DNA of 64,000 nucleotides from Cyanobacteriota bacterium (GTDB lineage: Bacteria > Cyanobacteriota > Cyanobacteriia > PCC-6307 > Cyanobiaceae). Positions 32,858-42,867 of the stretch are shown here, piece after piece. The DNA lies in contig JBJOMY010000004.1 in the NCBI GenBank assembly GCA_046052125.1, forward strand, positions 64,001 through 128,000, read 5' to 3'. Both the position numbers and the translations under genes were made by a program. The notes beneath the pieces are model-generated. The model did no database searches. It had not been told where the DNA came from and saw nothing but the letters and a program-made list of their open reading frames with translations. Position 1 is the stretch's first letter. Every line of letters begins with the position of its first letter.

Positions 32858-33397
32858 ATGTCTGCCGATCGTGTGGAGATCCTCTCGGCTGACGAGCTGG
32901 GACGGACCCTGAACCGCCTGGCCTCTCAGGTGCTGGAAAGCGTGGCGGACAGTCGCCAGCTGGTGCTGGTGGGCATTCCCACGCGGGGCGTGGCCCTGGC
33001 CGAGGTGCTGGCTCAGAAGCTCGAACAGCTCTGCGGCCATCCGATCGCCTGCGGCAGGCTCGATCCCACGTTTCACCGGGATGACCTAGAGCGCATCGGC
33101 ACCCGGCTCAGCACGCCCACCCAATTACCGGCAGATCTCGAAGGCCGTGATCTGGTGCTGGTGGACGACGTGATCTTTACGGGCCGCACCGTGCGGGCGG
33201 CTCTCGAGGCCTTGCAAGCCTGGGGACGGCCCCATCGGGTGCGCCTGCTGGTGATGGTGGATCGCGGTCACCGCGAATTGCCGATCCAGCCCGATTTCTG
33301 TGGCCGTGTCGTTCCCACCAGTCGCCAGGAGCTGATTGCTCTCTGCCTGCAGTCGATTGATCAGGAGGAGGGTGTCTTCCTGATCAAGGAGAGCTGA
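32858..33397 (+). CDS. pyrR: Pyrimidine regulatory protein / uracil phosphoribosyltransferase
   Basis: GIPTRG, LVDDVIFTGRT, VDRGHRELPIQPD. Confidence 0.96.
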   Translation: MSADRVEILSADELGRTLNRLASQVLESVADSRQLVLVGIPTRGVALAEVLAQKLEQLCGHPIACGRLDPTFHRDDLERIGTRLSTPTQLPADLEGRDLVLVDDVIFTGRTVRAALEALQAWGRPHRVRLLVMVDRGHRELPIQPDFCGRVVPTSRQELIALCLQSIDQEEGVFLIKES

Positions 33398-33423
33398 GCA
33401 CAGCCAGCCCAGCCAAGCGCCGC

Positions 33424-33642
33424 TTAAACCGCTTCGAGTTCGTCGTTGCGGAAGTGGGCGCGGAAGCGGCCGAAGGCCACGATCACCGGCATGGTCGGGC
33501 TGATCGTGCGGCCTTTGTAGTCGTTCAGCACCTGAAACACCTCACCCTGCTGGCCCTTGAGATCGAAGGCCTGGCCGCGGTGCTCGGGGTGGTGATACAC
33601 CACCACGCTCTGACTGACCCTGACCTGATCGCCTGCCTGCAT
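33424..33642 (-). CDS. ftrV: Ferredoxin-thioredoxin reductase variable chain
   Basis: VVVYHHPEHRGQAFD, FRAHF..DEL. Confidence 0.93.
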   Translation of the reverse strand: MQAGDQVRVSQSVVVYHHPEHRGQAFDLKGQQGEVFQVLNDYKGRTISPTMPVIVAFGRFRAHFRNDELEAV

Positions 33643-33682
33643 CGAGAGTGTTGGGGATGGCGCACCATCCTGTCACGCGTGA

Positions 33683-34516
33683 TCAGCGCCTGCAGGCGGT
33701 CTCTGGACCTGCCTCCACCACGCGGCCGCCGAGTTCCTTGCAGGCGGAGCTGAAGGCCTGCCAGTCGTCGGCTCCAGCCGCCAGCTTCTTGGAGATCAGG
33801 TCATTGAGCCGCTCCGCTGGCACATTCGATTCGAGATCCGAGCCGTGGGAGCTGTGATGGGCTGCTTCGGAGGAGCGCAGGCCCTCGATGCCCTGCTCCA
33901 CTTGGCGCCGTAACGCCTGGGTGTGCTGCTTCCACCAGGGGTGTTCGATGCGGTTGAGGGCATCGAGGGCTTCCCACCAGCGTTTTTGAGGGATCAGCTG
34001 AGCGGCCCGTTCCTTCAGGAAGCGCTGGCGGTTCCAGTCTTCGTTCAGTTGATCCCCGAGCGCGGTGCCGTTGGTGTTGTGGCGGGCATTCAGGGCGCCG
34101 AGGATCTGCAGGGCCTGCTCCAGTTTCCCGTCGCGATAGAGGCTGAGGGCCCGGGTTTCCAGCTGCTGTTGCCAGCTGATCAGTTGCTGCTGATCCTCCG
34201 GGGTGCTCGTGCCGGAGTTCACGAGTTGCAGTTGCAGCTTCAGCGCTTCAGCCCAGTCTTCCTGCCGCCAGAGCTCTTGGGCTTTGAGGCGGCGGCAGCG
34301 GCTCTGCTCGAGTGGAGCCTTGCCCCCCAGCCAGCGCAGGGCTGCCAATTGCTCGCCGTAGCGAAGGCAGTCGTCGAGCCTGCCCTGCTGCGCGGCCCGC
34401 TCGAGCTGGCGGGGCAGTTGCTTCTCCCACCAGTAGGCCGATCCCACTCCGGCGGCAACGAGCCCGAGCGTGAGCACCAGCCAGAAGCGAGGAAGCCGGT
34501 GCCGGCGAATGGCCAA
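33683..34516 (-). CDS. Hypothetical membrane-anchored helical protein
   Basis: N-terminal TM, helical-repeat-like body. Confidence 0.75.
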   Translation of the reverse strand: MAIRRHRLPRFWLVLTLGLVAAGVGSAYWWEKQLPRQLERAAQQGRLDDCLRYGEQLAALRWLGGKAPLEQSRCRRLKAQELWRQEDWAEALKLQLQLVNSGTSTPEDQQQLISWQQQLETRALSLYRDGKLEQALQILGALNARHNTNGTALGDQLNEDWNRQRFLKERAAQLIPQKRWWEALDALNRIEHPWWKQHTQALRRQVEQGIEGLRSSEAAHHSSHGSDLESNVPAERLNDLISKKLAAGADDWQAFSSACKELGGRVVEAGPETACRR

Positions 34517-34614
34517 GGGGGGTGGAGGCGATCTACTGCGTCCGTTCTATGGATCGATCTCCCCCGGATCACGATCCCGGGGGCAGCACGCCATCCGTCA
34601 CGTCAGGGATCAGC

Positions 34615-36204
34615 TCAGCGCACGCTGCCAAGCCGGCGGCTTGGGATCTCCTGGTCGTTTAACAGGTCTTGGCCTTCCACCAGCAACTCCCCTTGGGCGT
34701 TGATCGAGAAGCGCAATTCCAGCCGGTCGGCTCCTGGCTCTCCTGCCGGTGCCAAGGGAATGGCAGCAGGCTGCGCGGCCCAGGCGTCCACGGCGGCGCT
34801 GCCAGCGGATTGGCGCCGCAACACGGGCAGCCCGTTCACGAACACCACTTCGCTGCGCTGCTCCTCTTGCGGCTCCCCCAGCACCAGCTCCAAATCGGCT
34901 TGGTCATTGCGGCTGCAGCCCAGGCGCAACTGCAGGGGTTGTTCACTGGGCCAGGGCTGCCCCGGCAGAAACAGGGGGTGCCAGCGGTGCTCAGCGCTGC
35001 GTTGATCCCAGCAGCGCAAGGCCACCCCCCGTCGCAGCACATCCCGCACCACCACGCCCGGTGTGAGACGCAGCGCTCCAAGGGCCACCGCTTCCACGGG
35101 GCGCTCACCGCGCAGCGGCACATGCGGAAGCCGCTCTTGAAGCCAGCTGCGGATCAGTGGCACCCGGCTGCATCCGCCCACGGGCAGGACGGCGTCAATG
35201 TCCTGCTCACCCACGCCGCAGGCTCGGGCTGAGGCCAACACCTGCTCCAGCAGTTCATCCAGTAGCTGCAACAGCTGCTGCTTCTGCAGCAGTTCTTCGA
35301 GTTGGCTGCGGCTGAGGCGTAATTCCAGGGGGGCGGCGTTCGTTTCCGGGCACCAGAGCACCAGCGCATCGGTGGCATCGCTCAGTTGACACTTCAGGCG
35401 CTCACAGCAGCTCAACAGGCTCGGCTCGCTCGGATCCAGCCCGCCTGCCGCATCGAGCTGTTCCAGGAGGCTGGCGGCGATCCAGCGATCCAGGTCGCGG
35501 CCGCCCAGGGCCAGGCCGGCCTTGCCCAGCACCCTGGCGGTGCGCAGGCTCTGGCGACTGCCGCTGAGATCGCGGCCGCCGAAGCGCAGGAGCTGCGCGA
35601 TCGGTGCGGCCTTGCCCTCCCCGCCTTCGAGGGCTACCAGGGAAAAGTCGGTGGTGCCGCCGCCTAAATCGATCACCAACACCCGGCTGCCGGCGGGAAG
35701 CCCCGCGCCGATGGCCGCGGCGGTGGGCTCATCCACAAGGGCGATTTCCGGAACTTCCAAGCGGCTGGTGGCCTCCAGCAACCACTCGCGATAGCCCCGG
35801 TAGCTGTCAATCGGTGCGGTGAGCACCAGGCGCTGGGGGTTCAGTTGCTCCGGCAGCCGTTGCCAGATTTGCTCGAGGAGAAGCTGTCCGCTCTGCTCAG
35901 GACTGAGCAGACTGCTGCCCTGCTCAGGGGCAGAGGCCCAAGCAGCACCGGCGCCGATCCAGCGCTTGAAATCACGATGAAGGCCGGCGCCGCCCTGCTC
36001 CAGCAGGCCCGCTTCGATCACCTGGCGACCGATCAGCGGTTGGCTGGAGCTGGCTTCGCTGAGCCAGATCAGGCTGGGCACCACTGCCGGGTCGTGGGTG
36101 CTGATTGGGGCCAGCTCCATCAGCTGAGGGCTGGCGTCGCCAGGGCCCTGGTAGGCCACCACCGTGGTGGTGCTGCCCAGGTCGATGGCGAGGGTGCCAG
36201 CCAT
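34615..36204 (-). CDS. Divergent Hsp70/DnaK-family protein
   Basis: AIDLGSTTT, DEPTAAA, IDLGGGTTD, VGGCSRVP. Confidence 0.92.
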   Translation of the reverse strand: MAGTLAIDLGSTTTVVAYQGPGDASPQLMELAPISTHDPAVVPSLIWLSEASSSQPLIGRQVIEAGLLEQGGAGLHRDFKRWIGAGAAWASAPEQGSSLLSPEQSGQLLLEQIWQRLPEQLNPQRLVLTAPIDSYRGYREWLLEATSRLEVPEIALVDEPTAAAIGAGLPAGSRVLVIDLGGGTTDFSLVALEGGEGKAAPIAQLLRFGGRDLSGSRQSLRTARVLGKAGLALGGRDLDRWIAASLLEQLDAAGGLDPSEPSLLSCCERLKCQLSDATDALVLWCPETNAAPLELRLSRSQLEELLQKQQLLQLLDELLEQVLASARACGVGEQDIDAVLPVGGCSRVPLIRSWLQERLPHVPLRGERPVEAVALGALRLTPGVVVRDVLRRGVALRCWDQRSAEHRWHPLFLPGQPWPSEQPLQLRLGCSRNDQADLELVLGEPQEEQRSEVVFVNGLPVLRRQSAGSAAVDAWAAQPAAIPLAPAGEPGADRLELRFSINAQGELLVEGQDLLNDQEIPSRRLGSVR

Positions 36205-36286
36205 GCTCGAAAGCTGAAGGGAAAACACTGCCCATGAGCGTGGCGCAGTTCAGCGCTTCATGGTGAGACCAGTGGGTCTACGGGCC

Positions 36287-36592
36287 ATGGAGCGGACGTT
36301 GCTGACGGTGTTGTCGTTTTACCGGGAGGATCCCGATCAGCTTCGCCGGCTCGATCCCCTCTCGGCCTGTCGGGTGTCGCGCGGTTGGGCCGGCCTTCGC
36401 ATTGAGTGCCGCGACCCTGCCCATCGCAAGGTGGTGTGCGGCGTCGTGGAGCTGCTGCGGCCGCCGCTGGAGGCCCTCGGATTGGCCCGCGAAATCCGTC
36501 TGCTGGCGCCAGGCGTCGAGCCGCTGGTGTTCCCCGTGAGCGTGCCGTTGTCACGCAACCTGCTGACCTACGATGGTTCGATTGGTGAGTAG
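36287..36592 (+). CDS. Conserved hypothetical protein
   Basis: ORF ending 3 nt before rpoZ; alternative start 36260. Confidence 0.7.
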   Translation: MERTLLTVLSFYREDPDQLRRLDPLSACRVSRGWAGLRIECRDPAHRKVVCGVVELLRPPLEALGLAREIRLLAPGVEPLVFPVSVPLSRNLLTYDGSIGE

Positions 36593-36595
36593 GTC

Positions 36596-36826
36596 ATGTA
36601 TCTCGGCGTCAACGTCAGCCCCAAGGAGCTCGCTCAGCGCGCCGAGAGTCTGGTGCGTTACTCCAGCAACCGTTATCTCACCACCGTGCGCATTGCCTTC
36701 CGGGCCAAGCAGCGCCGCTTCGATGATTTCGATGGCCTGCTGGAGGATTCGATGGTGAAGCCCGTGCAGCGCGCCATCATCGAGCTCAGCGATGAGCAGG
36801 ACCAGCCCGATTTGCTGCCTGGCTGA
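36596..36826 (+). CDS. rpoZ: RNA polymerase omega subunit (Ycf61)
   Basis: [32 protein letters not shown]. Confidence 0.95.
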   Translation: MYLGVNVSPKELAQRAESLVRYSSNRYLTTVRIAFRAKQRRFDDFDGLLEDSMVKPVQRAIIELSDEQDQPDLLPG

Positions 36827-36839
36827 GCGCTGAGCCGCG

Positions 36840-37211
36840 GTGATCCAGAAAGAAGGAGAGGGTTGGCGATTGGCCTGGGATGGCAGCCGCCAACCCTTTT
36901 CTGTGTTGGTTGGCGGCGATGGCTGGGCTGCCGAGCTCACCCGAGAAGAGGCTGAGGCCCTGCGCAACGCCTTGGCCGATCTGGTGGCTCAGCACCGGGG
37001 TCTGATCGATCAGTTGATGGCGGAAGAGTCGATCGAGCTTGAGTTGGAGCGCGATCCTTGGTGGCTAGCGATCGAAGGGGATCGCAACGCCTGGTCGTTG
37101 CGGGTGATGCTCAGCCCCGCCCCTGGGCAGCGGGCCATGGAAGGCAGCTGGTCAACGGCGGCGGCCGGGCCCTTTAGCCAGGCTCTACAACAGCTGTTCG
37201 GCCAGCCGTGA
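36840..37211 (+). CDS. DUF1818 family protein
   Basis: EGEGWRLAWD, LVGGDGWAAELT, EGSW. Confidence 0.88.
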   Translation: MIQKEGEGWRLAWDGSRQPFSVLVGGDGWAAELTREEAEALRNALADLVAQHRGLIDQLMAEESIELELERDPWWLAIEGDRNAWSLRVMLSPAPGQRAMEGSWSTAAAGPFSQALQQLFGQP

Positions 37212-38052
37212 GTGCATGCAGGGCGCAGTAGTCGAGGGGATCAAGGCCAGCGGCCGTGGCCCGCTCCAGCAGGGCCGCCAGACCATCCAAGCCTTCGCTG
37301 TTGAGGCCGGCCTCTTGGGCTGAGGCGATGAACAGGTTCAGGTCCTTGCGCAGATGGGCTGTGGGGAAATTCGGATTGCTGTAGTTGGCACTCAGTTCCC
37401 GATCCAACTTCTTATCGAAGGTGGGGGCGTAGAGGGCGCTGCTGCGCAGCAGATCCATGAACGGCTCCACCGCCACGCCGCCCTGCTGCACCAGATGCAA
37501 CGACAGGCTGAAGGCGTGGGTGAGGCTGGCGATCAGTTGATTCAGGGCCTGCTTGGCGGTCATCGCACTGCCCACCTCTCCCAGGTGCACTGGGTTCTGG
37601 CTCAGTTGGCTCAGCACGGGCATGGCCTCCTGCACCAGCGCTGGTGCACCGCCCACCATCAGCTGCAGGCTGCCGTTCAGCGCTTCAGGCCGGCTGCCCA
37701 GCACTGGTGCTTCCAGGTACGTCCCCCCGCGTTCCTGAACGGCACCAGCCAGGGCCTGGCTCTCGGCAGGGCTGATGGTGCCGATCTGAATCACCCGGCG
37801 CCCCATCAGTTGGCGGTCCACCTGATCGAGCAGAACGTTGTGGGTGGTGGGGCCGTCGCTGAGCACCGTGATCAGCCAGTCCGCCTGGTTCGCGGCCTCC
37901 GCCGGCGTGGCGGCCCGATGGGCACCCAGCTCCTCGAGGGGAAGGCATCGCTCGGGGTTGCGGTTCCACACCGTCAGCCGTTCACCGCCAGCCAGCAGGC
38001 GAGTGGCGATGGCACTGCCAAGCAGGCCTGTGCCGAGAAGCGCGATCGTCAT
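37174..38052 (-). CDS. NAD(P)-dependent beta-hydroxyacid dehydrogenase (3-hydroxyisobutyrate dehydrogenase family)
   Basis: LLGTGLLG, WNR, EAPVLGS, K...N, F..AHLRKDL. Confidence 0.92.
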   Translation of the reverse strand: MTIALLGTGLLGSAIATRLLAGGERLTVWNRNPERCLPLEELGAHRAATPAEAANQADWLITVLSDGPTTHNVLLDQVDRQLMGRRVIQIGTISPAESQALAGAVQERGGTYLEAPVLGSRPEALNGSLQLMVGGAPALVQEAMPVLSQLSQNPVHLGEVGSAMTAKQALNQLIASLTHAFSLSLHLVQQGGVAVEPFMDLLRSSALYAPTFDKKLDRELSANYSNPNFPTAHLRKDLNLFIASAQEAGLNSEGLDGLAALLERATAAGLDPLDYCALHALTAGRTAVVEPG

Positions 38053-38425
38053 GGCTTCAGCATGCCTGAGCTGCTCCGCTGAGATTGCCCACGAGATTGG
38101 GCTGCTGATCAGCACTGCTGATCAGCCCTGTTCTCCCAACGCCACGCCCACTCTCCGCAGGTTTTTGCACGTTTTTTCCACAGGTCTGGGCCCTTGCATC
38201 GGGCTGTGGGGTCGGTTCTGGGGAGAACGCCCACGTTGCCGGATTTCCCGTTGACAGGCGCTGGGCGGTTGAACAGCCGCGGCGCTCGGAGCGCTGTCGG
38301 CGCACCGGGATTGCCGACGAGACCTGGGGTCTTGCCATGAGAAGCCCTGGGAAAACGGCGTTGTGGCTCCGGTTGACCGCCGCCGCCTGCTGTGGGGAAC
38401 TGGATGGCGTTACGGGGTGATTGGG

Positions 38426-38653
38426 ATGGAGAGCGCGGGCACGGTGAGCATGCGGGCGGAGGTGCCCGAGCCCCTGCTGCAGTCGATGCAAGGCTTCATT
38501 GAGGCCCATCCCAACTGGGATCAATACCGCTTGTTCCAGGCCGCGTTGGCCGGATTTCTGGTGCAGAACGGTGTGCAGTCCCGTGCGATCACCCGCTGCT
38601 ATCTGGCCAACCTCTTTCCCCAGCAGCCGCGCTTCAGCGATCCGATCGCTTGA
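38426..38653 (+). CDS. DUF2811 family protein
   Basis: EVPEPL, FIEAHPNWDQYRLFQAALAGFLVQNG. Confidence 0.9.
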   Translation: MESAGTVSMRAEVPEPLLQSMQGFIEAHPNWDQYRLFQAALAGFLVQNGVQSRAITRCYLANLFPQQPRFSDPIA

Positions 38654-39413
38654 TCGAGCTGGTGGTGGTGAGTTCGGGGCGCAGCTGCCAGTAAGCCCCA
38701 GTCACGCTGGTGGTGATCAGCGGCAGCACCACCACCAGGCTCAACGCGGTGACCGCAATCCCGAGCCCTTCCAGCAAGGCTTCTGCGAGCAGCCCTGCCA
38801 GCAAGGGCAGCAGCAAGAGGGCGACGAGGTAACCACTGAGTTCGAGGAGGCCGGCCCAGTGATGCTCCAGCAGCCACACCCCCTGGCGGAACACCGCTGC
38901 GGTGCTCAAGCGCGTGTCCACCACCAGACACGGCCCGAACAGCTGGCTGAGGATCAGGGCACCCGCAGCGATCAGGCCCATTAAGGCTGGCACCACGCTC
39001 ATCGCTGGCAGTGCCAGCAGCAGCAGCGACCAGATCAGCCCGCTGATCAAGCCTGTTGCTGCCAGAGCCGCCACCAGAGCTCCGAGGCAGAGGCAGAGTC
39101 GCCCGCTGTGGCGACACGCCCCGGGGCTGAGCTCCTTCCAGCTGAGCGCTTGCCCCTGCGCCAGGCTTAGACCGGCCTGGGTGAAGCCTTCGATCATCCA
39201 GAGCAGGCTGCCGGCATAGAGCGCAATCCCCAGTAGGTGCAGGAGTGCGGCCAGCACCCCGCTGTCCACCTGCTCCGCCGCGGCGAACAGGGCCCAACCC
39301 AACAGATGTGCTCCGAGGGACACCAGGCTGAAGCCCAGCAGCAACGGTTGTTGCCGCAGGGCAGTCCAGCTCTGCCTGCAGGCTCTACGGCACTGCAGCC
39401 GAACCGCTTTCAC
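38634..39413 (-). CDS. Hypothetical multi-pass membrane protein
   Basis: About 6 hydrophobic segments; GTGA overlap with the EVE gene. Confidence 0.75.
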   Translation of the reverse strand: MKAVRLQCRRACRQSWTALRQQPLLLGFSLVSLGAHLLGWALFAAAEQVDSGVLAALLHLLGIALYAGSLLWMIEGFTQAGLSLAQGQALSWKELSPGACRHSGRLCLCLGALVAALAATGLISGLIWSLLLLALPAMSVVPALMGLIAAGALILSQLFGPCLVVDTRLSTAAVFRQGVWLLEHHWAGLLELSGYLVALLLLPLLAGLLAEALLEGLGIAVTALSLVVVLPLITTSVTGAYWQLRPELTTTSSIKRSDR

Positions 39414-39868
39414 AGAGGGCCGAGCAGCTCGAACAGCCGCTGGGCGCTGGCCTCTGGCACCGGCAGGATTGAAAGGCGGTTGCCATTGCGCACCACTGGC
39501 AACTCCTCAACGCTGAATTGCTCGCGCAACGCATCGAGGCTGAGCAGCTCGCCGAAGGTGCCCACGTAGCGCAGTCGCACACAGTCCCAGCGGGGCTTTT
39601 CGGGGCTCGATTTGGGGTCGAAGTATTTGTTGCTGGGGTCGAATTGGCTCGGGTCGGTGATGCCCGTTTCCACCACCTCCATCAGCCCAACGATGCCGGG
39701 TGGTTTGGCATTGGAGTGGTAAAAAAATGCCCGATCGCCGATGGCCATCGAGCGCATGAAGTTGCGGGCCTGGTAGTTGCGAATGCCGTCCCAGAGGGTG
39801 GTGCCTTCCTGCTGAAGATGCTGGATCCCGTACACATCGGGCTCACTTTTCATCAGCCAGTAGGCCAT
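39410..39868 (-). CDS. EVE domain protein
   Basis: YWLMKSEP, WDGIRNYQARN, FFYHSN, RLSILPV. Confidence 0.96.
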   Translation of the reverse strand: MAYWLMKSEPDVYGIQHLQQEGTTLWDGIRNYQARNFMRSMAIGDRAFFYHSNAKPPGIVGLMEVVETGITDPSQFDPSNKYFDPKSSPEKPRWDCVRLRYVGTFGELLSLDALREQFSVEELPVVRNGNRLSILPVPEASAQRLFELLGPL

Positions 39869-39925
39869 CGCAGCTCTTCGGGTGCGGCGAGGCTAGCGGC
39901 GCTGCCTCTGACGCTTGAGCCTGGG

Positions 39926-41299
39926 TCAGAAGCTCTGCACGAGCGCGCGGAAATGCTCGCCGCGGGCCTCGAAATCCTTGTATTGATCAAAGCTGGCGCA
40001 GGCCGGTGAGAGCAGGACTGCCCCGCAGCCGTGGTCCGCCGCCAGCTGTCGGGCCAGGGGCACGGCTTCCGCCAAGCCATCGACGCTGTGCACCAGGCCG
40101 CCGTAGTTGGCGTCCTTGAGCAGTTGTGCAAAAGCAGCTTGCGCTGCACCGAACAGCACCACGGCAGGGGCTTCCCGTTGCAACCCAGCGATCCAGCCAG
40201 TGGCGTCGCCCTGCTTGGCTTCGCCGCCCGCTAGCACCACCAGCGGGCCCTCCAGGGCGCGAAGAGCCACTTCAGCCGCGTCGTAATTGGTGGCTTTGCT
40301 GTCGTTGAACCAGGTCACCCCATTCAGTTCTCGGATGCGCTCAAGGCGGTGGGGCACGCCCGGGAAACTGCGCAGTGCGGCTTCCATCTGGGCGGGGCTC
40401 AGGCCCACCTCCAGGCCCACCGCAACCGCCATCAGCAGGTTCTGGCGGTTGTGGGCGCCAGGCATCGCCAGGGCCCTGGCATCCAGCAGCGCTCCGCTGG
40501 CGTCGCACACCTGATCCGCCTCGATCCACAACGCCGGCTCCAGCCCAGCCGCCAGGGCCGCTTCCCGGGAGCCGGCGGTGATCCAGCGGGCCTGATCCCA
40601 GCTGGCGGCGCGGTCTCGCAGATCGGGATCATCCCCATTGAGGATGCGTACGGCCGAGCGTTCCAACAGGCTGCGTTTGATGGCGCGGTAGTTGTCGAGG
40701 CTGCCGTGGCGCTCAAGGTGATCGGGGGTGAGGGTGGTCCACACCCCGATGCGCGGTGCGAGCTGGGGGGCGGATTCGATCTGGTAGCTGCTCAGTTCCA
40801 CCACCAACCAACTGGGCGCTGCTGCACCACCCCGAGCCAGTGCCAGCTCAGCCGCCGAGTAGCCCACGTTGCCGCACATCGGTGCATCCAATCCCGCCTG
40901 TTGCAGCAGGTGCGCCACCAGATGCGTCACGGTGGTTTTGCCGTTGGTGCCGGTGATGCCGATCCAGGGAACGTCTGCAGTGGCTTCCCAGGCGGTGGTG
41001 ATCTCTCCGTCGGTGCGAATGCCCTGCTGACGAATGCTCACCAGGGTGGGGTGATCCCAGCGGATGCCAGGGCTCACGATCACCCGCTCTGGTTGATTCG
41101 GCAGCGCCGCGAAGCTCTCGGGCTGAAGCGGGGTGTTCAGTTGCACGCTGATGCCTTCACCACGGAGGGTTTCAGCGCGTTGTTGAAGCTCCGGGCTGTC
41201 GCCGCTCTCGAGCACCAGCACCGCCTCGCCGCGCTGATGCAACAGCCTTGCCGCCCCCAGCCCTGATCGTCCAAGCCCCAGCACCACCTGCAAAGTCAT
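39926..41299 (-). CDS. murD: UDP-MurNAc-L-Ala--D-Glu ligase
   Basis: GLGRSG, ITGTNGKTT, ELSSYQ, NDSKATN, LSPACASFDQY. Confidence 0.98.
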   Translation of the reverse strand: MTLQVVLGLGRSGLGAARLLHQRGEAVLVLESGDSPELQQRAETLRGEGISVQLNTPLQPESFAALPNQPERVIVSPGIRWDHPTLVSIRQQGIRTDGEITTAWEATADVPWIGITGTNGKTTVTHLVAHLLQQAGLDAPMCGNVGYSAAELALARGGAAAPSWLVVELSSYQIESAPQLAPRIGVWTTLTPDHLERHGSLDNYRAIKRSLLERSAVRILNGDDPDLRDRAASWDQARWITAGSREAALAAGLEPALWIEADQVCDASGALLDARALAMPGAHNRQNLLMAVAVGLEVGLSPAQMEAALRSFPGVPHRLERIRELNGVTWFNDSKATNYDAAEVALRALEGPLVVLAGGEAKQGDATGWIAGLQREAPAVVLFGAAQAAFAQLLKDANYGGLVHSVDGLAEAVPLARQLAADHGCGAVLLSPACASFDQYKDFEARGEHFRALVQSF

Positions 41300-41330
41300 G
41301 GCTTGCGGGAGGGCAGAAGCCTCAAGCGAA

Positions 41331-41402
41331 TGGGCGATACTGGAATCGAACCAGTGACTCCTACCGTGTCAAGGTAGTGCTCTACCTCTGAGCTAATCGC
41401 CC
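41331..41402 (-). tRNA. tRNA-Val(GAC)
   Basis: Reverse complement GGGCGATTAGCTCAGAGGTAGAGCACTACCTTGACACGGTAGGAGTCACTGGTTCGATTCCAGTATCGCCCA folds as a cloverleaf; anticodon GAC; CCA not encoded. Confidence 0.97.
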
Positions 41403-41453
41403 TCAGAGTGCCGTTCGGCCTAAGGAACCTAGCAGCCGAGATCGGCACCGGCT

Positions 41454-42245
41454 TCAGCGGCGTTGCATCACCAGCCGCCAGCGCTCGCGCTTCGTGGGTT
41501 GGATCTCGAGGATCTCCAACTCGCCGCGGCCATCGAGTCGCACCCGATCCCCACGGTTGAGTTCCCGGCTGGGGGTGGTGATCACTTGCCAGTTCACCCG
41601 CACCGCTCCGCTGCGGATCAGCTCAGCCATGCGGCTGCGCGACATCCCAAGGCCCGCGGAGGCCACGGCATCCAGCCTCAGCGAGGCTTCCACGCTGCTC
41701 ACCTGCCGGGGCACCCGGCTTGCAGGCCACTGCAGCTGCTCGAGCGGCACCACTTGCAGCAGTACCCCCACGCTGCGGACCTGGGCCTCCAGCCCATCGC
41801 AGCGTGGGACCGCTTCGCTGCAGATCACGGCCTGGGCGCCGCGATCGCCCCGCATCCAGATGTCGCCCAGTTCGCCGGCCTCCAGACAGGCTTTCAGTAA
41901 GCCCTGGCGCACCTCCTCCGGTTCGGCTGGGTCAAACAGAAAGTTTCCGCTCACCACCAAGCCGCTGAGGGCTGCAGAGGGGGCAGTCGCTCCAGGCTCT
42001 TCGCTGAGCTCCGCCCGGCGTAGCAACAGCCGGCAGCGCTCCGCCTGGGGCCAACCTCCATCCGCGTGCAGGTGGAGTTCGCTCAAGGCTCCCAGGCGCT
42101 GCTGGGCCTCCTCCTGCAGTTCCGCCCCTACAAATTCACTCCAGCAGGGCTCCCAGGTGCGCAGCGCTTGCTCGGCCAACCCGATCAGCTGGGCCAGCTC
42201 CTCGGGTCTGCCACTGCCCTTCAGCAGTTCATCGCGCGGCAGCAT
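41454..42245 (-). CDS. Photosystem II S4-domain protein (YlmH/Sll1252 family)
   Basis: GG..QAER, GNFLFD, GDRGAQ, EASLRLDAVAS..MSRS. Confidence 0.93.
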   Translation of the reverse strand: MLPRDELLKGSGRPEELAQLIGLAEQALRTWEPCWSEFVGAELQEEAQQRLGALSELHLHADGGWPQAERCRLLLRRAELSEEPGATAPSAALSGLVVSGNFLFDPAEPEEVRQGLLKACLEAGELGDIWMRGDRGAQAVICSEAVPRCDGLEAQVRSVGVLLQVVPLEQLQWPASRVPRQVSSVEASLRLDAVASAGLGMSRSRMAELIRSGAVRVNWQVITTPSRELNRGDRVRLDGRGELEILEIQPTKRERWRLVMQRR

Positions 42246-42254
42246 CGCCTGTCC

Positions 42255-42758
42255 TCAGTTTTCGTTGAGCCGCACCACAGCCTTGGGTTTCGCCACCTGC
42301 AGCCGGGTCCAGGGCACTTCGATGCCGTTGGGCATCTCCACCAGCAGCAGCCAGTTGCCTTCCTCAAGGCGATTGCGAAGCGCGCGGACGCGATCGTCAG
42401 CTTCTGAGCTCACGCTGGCCGCAGCCGCGAAGCTGCCCATCCAGCCCGAGCCCAACCCCAGCAGGCCGCCGATCAGGTGGGAGCCCCAAGTGCCTGCGAA
42501 AGCAAAGGTGTCGAGGTCGGTGATGAAGGTGAAGGTGAGGCCGGCGAAGAACCCGAACGGAATGAGCCAAGTGGCCATCCGCTTCTGGCGCAGCTGGCGG
42601 GTGAGGGCGGGGTTGAGGTCGGCGACGTCGTTGATCGGGGTTTCGCCCTCACCGATCGCCACCAGCCGCTGCGGTGCAGGCTTGAGCTCTTGCAATTGAT
42701 CTTTGAGCTGGTGCAGGCGCTTGCGCTCCGCGATCACCGCCACCACGCTGCTGCCCAC
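42255..42758 (-). CDS. Conserved hypothetical membrane protein
   Basis: WLIPFGFFAGLTF and a Gly-zipper-like TM. Confidence 0.8.
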   Translation of the reverse strand: MGSSVVAVIAERKRLHQLKDQLQELKPAPQRLVAIGEGETPINDVADLNPALTRQLRQKRMATWLIPFGFFAGLTFTFITDLDTFAFAGTWGSHLIGGLLGLGSGWMGSFAAAASVSSEADDRVRALRNRLEEGNWLLLVEMPNGIEVPWTRLQVAKPKAVVRLNEN

Positions 42759-42867
42759 GAAGCTCTGCCCCCAGTTCGCCTGATTCTGTCCCGAGCGCGT
42801 CTGGCCTGGAGGGCGTGAGACCCACCTCTCTACACTTCACCTCCGGCCGCCCCCACCCCGCCGGGTC

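Noticed and set aside
34615..36204. Divergent Hsp70 next to a TM-helical protein as a possible conflict system
   Set aside because: Sits in what I recall as conserved ftrV-rpoZ core synteny in picocyanobacteria; no associated effectors
39410..39868. EVE domain as a modified-DNA defence component
   Set aside because: Stand-alone EVE next to murD with no nuclease partner
41331..41402. tRNA-Val as a possible island integration site
   Set aside because: Flanked by core genes (murD, S4-domain gene); no integrase or duplicated 3' end seen
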